Below, piece by piece: positions 1-5,570 of a stretch of DNA of 9,219 nt. A program made the translations under genes and the position numbers. The stretch covers positions 1-9,219 of the IMG/VR virus record IMGVR_UViG_3300020479_000030, one strand, 5' to 3'. Each line of letters begins with the position of its first letter. The stretch's first letter is position 1. Under the pieces are notes generated by a model that did no database searches, was not told the DNA's origin, and was given only the letters and a program-made list of their open reading frames with translations.

Positions 1-1214
1 CCATTAGCATAGATAAGACTTATAATAGCAGGTGTTTTTTGGAACAGTATCTGATATATTGTTACAGTCATATTTGACGGTGTACCGGAAAATGCTACTA
101 CATACCCTGGTTCCGCTACTTTCATTTCTAACAGATTTTGAATAGGCTGTGACGTGATAATTGAGTTAGTGCTTCTTATATATGCATACACAGTAAAGGT
201 TATCCCATTTGCTGTTATTTGCTGATAGCTAGGAAATATTATAGCACCATCAAAGTAAATAGCCCTAGCAGTACAATAGATATTATTTAAACTTTGCAAT
301 AAAGTTACTGTTAGAGTGTTAAGATCAATTGAGTAAATATTTAGATCATTCCAATATCGATTAGCATTTTGATTATATGGTACATATGCTAATAATTCAG
401 CTGTTATATTGCCATTATTATAAATATAGTTGAGGAATAACTGAGGCATTTCGGTATTCTGTACAGTATCTATCATATATACTGTTCCTACATTAGTTGG
501 GCTACTTGGGAAAGATTGAGCAAATGGTATTTCATCATAAGGGATAACCCATACATATGGGCTTAAGTTTCCATCTTGCCCGCCAAAGTAGAACACACCA
601 TTATAGAGCACGCCATAGGTAGGATAAATATAGAATTGACTCGGGGCATTTGACGGATATAACAATGCAAAAGACCACCCAGTAGTAACTGATAGATTTG
701 TTATTAATTGTTGTAGTTGACTGAAGGGAATAACAAAAATAGATAAAACCCCAGGTGATAATGCACTATCAATAAGATATACGTTTTGGTTTTCAAAATC
801 GATTATAATATCCATTAATTGTGTTGTGATATCATTCCAAGGAATTGGTGTACATGACCAATTGAAGGAGTTACTATTTGGGTCATATACTCCTAGCCAA
901 GGCCCACAACAAGACGAAGCATTGCACATACATTGCCCACCACCACATATACCACCACCAACAATAATAGTACTTGCGAACCATAGTGGTGGTGTAAGTA
1001 TTGTTAATACGTTACAATCACACCCCCATTCTTGTTGATTTGAAGAACCTATAATTTGCCCTACTGTAACACCATAACCATTGGGTGCATAATCGAATAT
1101 TATCGCCGGTAATGTAGGGTTAAGCACGACAGCACGTCCTAGTCCATTATAATAAAAATCCGGAAATGCTGTTACCCCGTCCAGTTCGGATATTTTTTGT
1201 AGTGTAAGCGACAT
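1..1214 (-). CDS. Large beta-rich protein (>=404 aa, 3' end outside window); putative virion terminal/receptor-binding protein, possibly a beta-propeller
   Basis: Not in ORF track. Open frame from ATG at 1214 to the window edge: MSLTLQKISELDGVTAFPDFYYNGLGRAVVLNPTLPAIIFDYAPNGYGVTVGQIIGSSNQQEWGCDCNVL...GVLYNGVFYFGGQDG...IYSIDLNTLTVTLLQ...IISLIYAN. GTGA SD and TTTATTTA box upstream. Rich in Y/I/V/T/N/P, very few K/R, several N-x-S/T sequons. The ORF is secure; the function is inferred. Confidence 0.8.
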   Translation of the reverse strand, partial: MSLTLQKISELDGVTAFPDFYYNGLGRAVVLNPTLPAIIFDYAPNGYGVTVGQIIGSSNQQEWGCDCNVLTILTPPLWFASTIIVGGGICGGGQCMCNASSCCGPWLGVYDPNSNSFNWSCTPIPWNDITTQLMDIIIDFENQNVYLIDSALSPGVLSIFVIPFSQLQQLITNLSVTTGWSFALLYPSNAPSQFYIYPTYGVLYNGVFYFGGQDGNLSPYVWVIPYDEIPFAQSFPSSPTNVGTVYMIDTVQNTEMPQLFLNYIYNNGNITAELLAYVPYNQNANRYWNDLNIYSIDLNTLTVTLLQSLNNIYCTARAIYFDGAIIFPSYQQITANGITFTVYAYIRSTNSIITSQPIQNLLEMKVAEPGYVVAFSGTPSNMTVTIYQILFQKTPAIISLIYAN

Positions 1215-1290
1215 AGCTTTTTCTCACTTTAATAATGTATTAATGTCTTGCTTAAATAAATCTTCGTTAATTTTGTGCTTAGCCTAATCC

Positions 1291-1309
1291 AAAAAACTTT
1301 ATATACTTG
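1291..1309 (+). promoter_or_regulatory. Archaeal BRE+TATA promoter core (AAAAAACTTTATATACTTG), copy 1
   Basis: A-rich BRE followed by TTTATATA at 1298-1305, 42 nt before the ATG at 1340; identical 19-mer at 2642-2660. Confidence 0.8.
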
Positions 1310-1339
1310 GGTAATACTAATTTACATAGAGGGATAAAA

Positions 1340-1624
1340 ATGGGTCAACTCTTCAATGAATTAAGTAGTTATATAAAAAACAAAAATATGAACGCAATAT
1401 ACGCGGAAATTGTAACCCGAGTGGCGTATCTAGGCTTAGGGATTTTAGAACGCGGAGAGTTTCTAAATGCTGTCGTTCAATCTGACAGTAATAATCCTTT
1501 CAATCAAAAGATAGTAGTAACATTAGGGCTACCACACTACATAGTAACAGTTACTGTAGACCAAAATGATAATATAAGTTACAAAATAACGACAGTTTAT
1601 GACCCAACAAAACAAATACTTTAG
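1340..1624 (+). CDS. Hypothetical 94-aa alpha/beta protein (possible early gene)
   Basis: The track start (TTG at 1307) lies inside the promoter core; ATG at 1340 has a GAGGGA SD. No family recognised. Confidence 0.75.
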   Translation: MGQLFNELSSYIKNKNMNAIYAEIVTRVAYLGLGILERGEFLNAVVQSDSNNPFNQKIVVTLGLPHYIVTVTVDQNDNISYKITTVYDPTKQIL

Positions 1625-1626
1625 AG

Positions 1627-1818
1627 ATGGCGCGCATGAAACCAATCTCATTCAAAGTAGACAGTGAAACATTAGATATAATCGAGCTTTATGCGAATCT
1701 CAAAAAGATAAGCAGAAGCGAAGCAATAAGGGATCTAATATGGCAAGGTTTCAAATGCTACCAAGAAAAAGAAAACAAAAGAATACAGATAAAAGTTGAA
1801 CGAATGAAATTGTTATAA
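1627..1818 (+). CDS. Ribbon-helix-helix (CopG/MetJ-Arc type) transcriptional regulator, 63 aa
   Basis: PISFKVD strand, SETLDIIELYANLKK helix, ISRSEAIRDLI helix with the canonical SRSE.IR motif. Confidence 0.88.
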   Translation: MARMKPISFKVDSETLDIIELYANLKKISRSEAIRDLIWQGFKCYQEKENKRIQIKVERMKLL

Positions 1819-1827
1819 GAAAAATAT

Positions 1828-1860
1828 AAAAAGAAAAAGCTTTTGTCTTTTTTCTCTTTT
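1828..1860. terminator. Bidirectional A-tract/T-tract terminator between convergent genes
   Basis: AAAAAGAAAAAGCTTTTGTCTTTTTTCTCTTTT between the stops at 1818 (+) and 1883 (-), giving U-runs on both transcripts. Confidence 0.6.
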
Positions 1861-1882
1861 GCTCTTACCTATTGTTCATTGA

Positions 1883-2176
1883 TTAACTGGTTTCTTCTAA
1901 ATATTCGCTATATTCTAGCCCTATTGTTATCAACAATATAAAGCCCATAGCCATTAACCCTAACGCTACTGGGTTTAATATCACTGAGCCATTTTGTAGA
2001 TTTACACTAATCCCCAAGAAGTATATAGCAAAAAATGCCAAGAAGCCGATACCTAGCCCTAAGAAGAATCCTCTAATTATCCTTACTCCTAATCTGCTTT
2101 TCTTTCCACCGGGAGATGGCTGACTCATTATGAAACCTAGCGCGCCTAGCACTACTGGGTTTATTCCGATTCTCAT
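1883..2176 (-). CDS. Small integral membrane protein (about 97 aa, 2 clear TM helices); candidate envelope protein
   Basis: Hydrophobic segments GFFLGLGIGFLAFFAIYFLGISV and PVALGLMAMGFILLITIGL, with a basic KKSR..R..R patch before TM1. ATG at 2176 is preferred because the track's GTG (2185) forms a GTGA SD for it. Confidence 0.75.
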   Translation of the reverse strand: MRIGINPVVLGALGFIMSQPSPGGKKSRLGVRIIRGFFLGLGIGFLAFFAIYFLGISVNLQNGSVILNPVALGLMAMGFILLITIGLEYSEYLEETS

Positions 2177-2210
2177 AGCTATCACAATATTAATTCAGTA
2201 TTCTAGTATT

Positions 2211-2615
2211 TTAATCTGTGAGTATTTCAACACCTTTGGCATGATAAAATTCATTCACACTTATAAGGTAGTGGTTTCCTCTGTCTTGCAATTGGTCTAA
2301 GGTAAAGAAGTACCATGATCTTGAACTGTCTATGTACACAGCAATAAATGCCTTGCCCCCAGTCAGTTGTTCCGCTTCTTTTAGCTTAGCAATTTGATTT
2401 TTGTCTATCGGAATAGAGTCCTTTTCCCTTCTTCTTTTCACTTCAAAAAGAAGAATGAGATTTCTCTTTATTGCAATAACATCAACTATAGGATAATGCA
2501 CAACTTTAGAACCCGAACCCGGCGCTCTTGCTACAAAATATCCCCTGCTATATAGCAATTTCATTAACCTATATTCCGCGTACCTACCTCTTGCTTTTGC
2601 TTTCGCTTTATTCAC
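2211..2615 (-). CDS. hjc: Archaeal Holliday junction resolvase (Hjc/Hje, PD-(D/E)XK nuclease)
   Basis: G-x3-E (GRYAE), GYFVARAPGSGS, VDVIAIK and FEVK motifs typical of Hjc. GTG start about 23 nt after a TTTTATA box, so probably leaderless. Confidence 0.92.
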   Translation of the reverse strand: MNKAKAKARGRYAEYRLMKLLYSRGYFVARAPGSGSKVVHYPIVDVIAIKRNLILLFEVKRRREKDSIPIDKNQIAKLKEAEQLTGGKAFIAVYIDSSRSWYFFTLDQLQDRGNHYLISVNEFYHAKGVEILTD

Positions 2616-2693
2616 ATGTAATAGCTAAGGAAAAATTGTATAAAAAACTTTATATACTTGTGGTGAGTACTATATAGTGGATGTGGTGAGAAA
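2616..2693. promoter_or_regulatory. Back-to-back divergent promoters for hjc (-) and ORF159 (+); includes copy 2 of the 19-bp promoter core (2642-2660)
   Basis: The minus-strand TTTTTTATA box shares the 2642-2647 A-tract that acts as BRE for the plus-strand TTTATATA (2649-2656); GGTGAG SD before ATG 2694. Confidence 0.72.
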
Positions 2694-3173
2694 ATGGCTG
2701 AAACACAAAACCAAGAACAACAAAAAGAAAGAAGATGGTATAGTCTGAGTGTGCCAAAAGAAGTTATGAGCCTATTAAGGCAAATAAAAGGTAAATCTGG
2801 TCAAAATAAAGCCAATTGGAGAATTATTGTTGAAGCACTGTCTTTTTATAATAGTGTAATGAGTTCACCACGAAAACTAATGAAAGTTGATAATGTTGAA
2901 AAGGCATCATGGTACATCACAAAGTTATCTCTTGCTTACTCTAATTTTGCACTAAACCCAAATCAAGGCACTTATGCTAACTTTAAAGAAGTATGTGAAG
3001 AAATTGCGGTAAGGCTAGGTATCGATACTTCTGTATTATTAAGGTTAGCTGACGAATACTCAGCCCTGAAAGACGAAGAAAAAAGAAAACAAAAAAGGAT
3101 TGAGTTTAACCAAGCGGTAAAGATGCTAGTTAAGGAAATAATTCTTAATGTAGGGGGTAATGAAAATGATTAA
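2694..3173 (+). CDS. 159-aa protein with an N-terminal RHH-like DNA-binding domain and a helical C-terminal domain
   Basis: WYSLSV-P-KEVMSLLRQIK...NWRIIVEALSFY fits strand-helix-helix; strong promoter and SD. Function inferred. Confidence 0.65.
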   Translation: MAETQNQEQQKERRWYSLSVPKEVMSLLRQIKGKSGQNKANWRIIVEALSFYNSVMSSPRKLMKVDNVEKASWYITKLSLAYSNFALNPNQGTYANFKEVCEEIAVRLGIDTSVLLRLADEYSALKDEEKRKQKRIEFNQAVKMLVKEIILNVGGNEND

Positions 3174-3372
3174 CGGATTTGCCGAAGTATTCTTAATTTT
3201 AGCCATAGCAACTATAATTTACTTAATTATACTCAAAGTCACAGAGAGGCATGATGAACCGCAATACCCAGGGCTCATTTATGATGACGATGAATTATAC
3301 GATAATTTCTTCTACGTAGTTTTTGCGACAATAATAATTATTCTTATCCTTTTGATTTCAATTTTTGTGTAA
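3166..3372 (+). CDS. Small two-TM membrane protein with an acidic loop (68-70 aa)
   Basis: TM1 VFLILAIATIIYLIIL, loop YDDDELYD, TM2 FFYVVFATIIIILILLISIFV. The GGGGGT SD at 3153-3158 spaces better to ATG 3166 than to 3160; overlaps the end of the upstream gene. Confidence 0.7.
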   Translation: MINGFAEVFLILAIATIIYLIILKVTERHDEPQYPGLIYDDDELYDNFFYVVFATIIIILILLISIFV

Positions 3373-3381
3373 GACTAAAGG

Positions 3382-3396
3382 AAAAAATATTTTTTT
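3382..3396. terminator. Palindromic bidirectional terminator AAAAAATATTTTTT between convergent genes
   Basis: Perfect 14-bp palindrome (3382-3395) between the stops at 3372 (+) and 3395 (-). Confidence 0.6.
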
Positions 3397-3958
3397 AGCT
3401 CTTTTTCTTTTCATCTTTCTTTTCTAACGGGTTATCAATTGGGGTCTTTTCGATATTTGTTGACTCTAACATTGCATTTTCGAATATTGATACATCGGCT
3501 TGGTTTTCTATAGCAGTTCTCCAAGCTAAAGTTTTTACTAAATTCCAATTATCGTTATTTATTTGCTCATCCAATGCATCAATAGCACCCATGGATGCTC
3601 TCAATTTCTCATACTTTTTTGCTAAATCTGTCCTTATTCCTATTGCTCTAACATCAATAAGGATTCTGTGCCCTAAGGCTGTAGGGGTCTGATAAACTAA
3701 CATATCTACTAACAACCCATACATTTTTAGGTTATCTGCTAATGCCCTTGCATAATTTTCTACTCTTCTCATCATATAGCCAATTACCATAGAAATATTG
3801 TTTCTAATATTCATTCTGTTTATAGACTCTATATCTAGAAAATTTGCATGCAAACCTTGCCCGACTTCGTCATCTGCTAGAATTTTTGGCGCAGTTTTTA
3901 CAACTTTTTTCTCATTATTCTTCTGTTCTGTATTTTCATCTTTGTTATCCGATTCCAT
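3395..3958 (-). CDS. Hypothetical 187-aa protein with charged, probably disordered termini; likely paralog of 4688-5026
   Basis: Clean ORF with a TTTATTT box about 24 nt upstream (leaderless); 53-aa gapless similarity to the 112-aa ORF. Confidence 0.8.
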   Translation of the reverse strand: MESDNKDENTEQKNNEKKVVKTAPKILADDEVGQGLHANFLDIESINRMNIRNNISMVIGYMMRRVENYARALADNLKMYGLLVDMLVYQTPTALGHRILIDVRAIGIRTDLAKKYEKLRASMGAIDALDEQINNDNWNLVKTLAWRTAIENQADVSIFENAMLESTNIEKTPIDNPLEKKDEKKKS

Positions 3959-3979
3959 AATTTAATTTACGTGGTTTTG

Positions 3980-3995
3980 CGAAATAAATATTTCG
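3980..3995. promoter_or_regulatory. Perfect inverted repeat CGAAATA-aa-TATTTCG overlapping the TATA box of ORF187; putative operator
   Basis: Arms at 3980-3986 and 3989-3995; the minus strand reads CGAAATATTTATTTCG. Confidence 0.55.
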
Positions 3996-4079
3996 TTTAT
4001 GTTATCGGTTCTACTATTAATTTAATTTTCCAAAATATACGGATTGAAAGTAACAGTTTTTTTCTAGATTATAATGGAT

Positions 4080-4187
4080 TTCCTTATAGAATTCCAAATG
4101 GAATTGGTTAAGAAATTTGCTATGAAATTAGTTAAGAAAATGGTTAAGAAAATCGAATAAAAATTCCTTATAGAATTCCTTAGCAAA
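4080..4187. repeat. Degenerate tandem array of nine 12-bp units
   Basis: TTCCTTATAGAA/TTCCAAATGGAA/TTGGTTAAGAAA/TTTGCTATGAAA/TTAGTTAAGAAA/ATGGTTAAGAAA/ATCGAATAAAAA/TTCCTTATAGAA/TTCCTTAGCAAA; an exact 16-mer TTCCTTATAGAATTCC occurs at 4080 and 4164. Confidence 0.85.
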
Positions 4188-4195
4188 TTATTTAC

Positions 4196-4531
4196 CTAAA
4201 AAATTGGGGTACCGCTTGGTTTATTTTTTGACTTTTTCTTTGTAATATCTCTGTAAAATTGAGAAAATATCCCATCTGCTACACTTTGCCCTAATGCTTT
4301 CTTAAAATCTGTTACACATTGGTCAATAGGGTAATCTTTATTACAACTTGCTAACTGTGCTGATACTGCTTTACATATTTTTGTTAATAGAGCATCAAGT
4401 TCTTCGTCTGTCATGTTTCCGCTATAATACTCAGATGACACTCTTCTCATTAAAATCATTAATTGTGTCTCTTCGCTTTCCATTTGGCAATTTCTAAATA
4501 GATTTTGAATAAGTTGATTCATAGCCATCAT
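4196..4531 (-). CDS. Hypothetical helical protein, 111 aa, with 4 Cys and a basic C-terminal tail
   Basis: ATGA overlap with the upstream 48-aa RHH gene, GAGGAG/GTGA SD upstream; last gene of a three-gene minus-strand operon. Confidence 0.78.
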   Translation of the reverse strand: MMAMNQLIQNLFRNCQMESEETQLMILMRRVSSEYYSGNMTDEELDALLTKICKAVSAQLASCNKDYPIDQCVTDFKKALGQSVADGIFSQFYRDITKKKSKNKPSGTPIF

Positions 4532-4674
4532 GGTTGTTCACTCTCCTCTTTCTCCAAGAATTCTGTTATTATAATAAGTAATAAATCTTCAACAGTTACG
4601 CCTCTTTTATCAGCCAATTTTCTAAGCCTATCTATCAGAACAGCAGGCGCTATTATGTGTAATTCTTCTGACAT
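4528..4674 (-). CDS. 48-aa ribbon-helix-helix (CopG-like) protein
   Basis: Not in ORF track. MSEELHIIAPAVLIDRLRKLADKRGVTVEDLLLIIITEFLEKEESEQP*; AGGTG SD upstream, fills the gap between 4688 and 4531, and its stop overlaps the next ATG. Confidence 0.82.
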   Translation of the reverse strand: MSEELHIIAPAVLIDRLRKLADKRGVTVEDLLLIIITEFLEKEESEQP

Positions 4675-4687
4675 TTATTTACACCTA

Positions 4688-5026
4688 TTAGCTATTCTCA
4701 TTTTCACTATTAAAATCTTCATAAGACTCGGTATCTACTTCTTTCAGCCTTTGAAATCTGAGTGTGTGTTTTTCTAGGTCTTGGATTCTATCCTTCTTTA
4801 CGGCTGTTACTTCTAGATGTATTACGATATCTATTCCATTATCTTTCCATTCTACTTTAGTAGTTGTTGATATTAGAATACCGCTCTTTTGCATGTACCG
4901 AGATACAAAATCCGCGTAATTGCTTATTTGGTCAGCTTTAGCTCTGAGAATTTCTAGTAATGCATCTTTTGCTTTTTCACTCTCTATGTCTTTTACGTTA
5001 ATGAATTGGCTACTCATGTATTTCAT
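4688..5026 (-). CDS. Hypothetical 112-aa alpha-beta-beta-alpha protein with an acidic tail; likely paralog of 3395-3958
   Basis: First gene of the minus-strand operon divergent from the MCP genes; TTTATTT box about 27 nt upstream. Confidence 0.8.
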   Translation of the reverse strand: MKYMSSQFINVKDIESEKAKDALLEILRAKADQISNYADFVSRYMQKSGILISTTTKVEWKDNGIDIVIHLEVTAVKKDRIQDLEKHTLRFQRLKEVDTESYEDFNSENENS

Positions 5027-5156
5027 TTAAAAATACATTCAGAAAAAAATAAATGTTGCTCACGGAAACACTATCATCTGTGTTCTTTTTCTAGCTTATT
5101 CTTATGTTTTCAAATGCGCTAACTCACACTTTTTGTGTGTTTTTGCTACTGAGTGC

Positions 5157-5164
5157 TTTAAATA
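5157..5164 (+). promoter_or_regulatory. TATA box (TTTAAATA) of the capsid operon
   Basis: Consensus Sulfolobales TATA 44 nt before ATG 5201, followed by a GAAGGTAAGG SD. Confidence 0.7.
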
Positions 5165-5200
5165 TGTGAAAGGGGAATTATTATTCGAAGGTAAGGAACC

Positions 5201-5557
5201 ATGGCTATATCCCACACACTAGAGGAAATGGTAAGCAAATACACAGCGAAGATGAACCCCCAACAGGTCGGTAGCCGTTATCAGAACTCTAAGACGGTAG
5301 CAGTAAATAGATATATGCAAGGATTCTACCCATTCATGGCTGTAATACCCCTAGTAAAGAACATATTAGAGTCTAACGGTGTTTCCGCAGGCAAGCAAGG
5401 GCAATACTTCGCTTTTGTATTTCAGTTAGTAAAAGAAGCACAAAAACACAGCCTACAAGAATTAGCTAATATCAGCGCAGGTTTACAACAAAAATTCACA
5501 ACTGAAGGATGCGACCCATCAATATTAAGTAAATTAGCTAACCTAGTAGTAGGGTGA
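5201..5557 (+). CDS. Major capsid protein 1 (SIRV2/AFV1-fold, A-DNA-coating helical capsid)
   Basis: Nearly gapless alignment with the downstream MCP (MAI, KY..K, KNIL...G...G..G.Y.AF..Q, DPS.L...A...G); pattern matches the rudivirus/lipothrixvirus coat protein four-helix bundle. Confidence 0.88.
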   Translation: MAISHTLEEMVSKYTAKMNPQQVGSRYQNSKTVAVNRYMQGFYPFMAVIPLVKNILESNGVSAGKQGQYFAFVFQLVKEAQKHSLQELANISAGLQQKFTTEGCDPSILSKLANLVVG

Positions 5558-5570
5558 GGGGGTGAAATAA

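Noticed and set aside
826-1038. 70-aa plus-strand ORF in the track
   Set aside because: Antisense shadow of the long minus-strand CDS (1214->1); its Pro/His runs mirror the Gly/Cys codons.
1307-1339. TTG start giving a 105-aa protein
   Set aside because: Lies within the conserved promoter core; ATG 1340 has an SD.
1883-3372. Virus-associated pyramid (egress) protein among the small membrane ORFs
   Set aside because: Known pyramid proteins have one N-terminal TM and a soluble helical C-terminus; both membrane ORFs here have two TMs.
4074-4160. 28-aa plus-strand micro-ORF MDFLIEFQMELVKKFAMKLVKKMVKKIE, and a roughly 40-codon TTG-start minus-strand ORF, across the 12-bp array
   Set aside because: Open frames are expected in a repeat whose period is divisible by 3, and the array continues past the plus-strand stop. 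Not called, but not fully excluded.
4026-4187. Bona fide CRISPR array
   Set aside because: No identical 24-37-bp repeats at regular 60-70-bp spacing and no cas genes; kept only as a speculative repeat-mimic finding.
4505-4777. 90-aa plus-strand ORF
   Set aside because: Antisense to three coupled minus-strand genes, including the 48-aa RHH; no SD or promoter.
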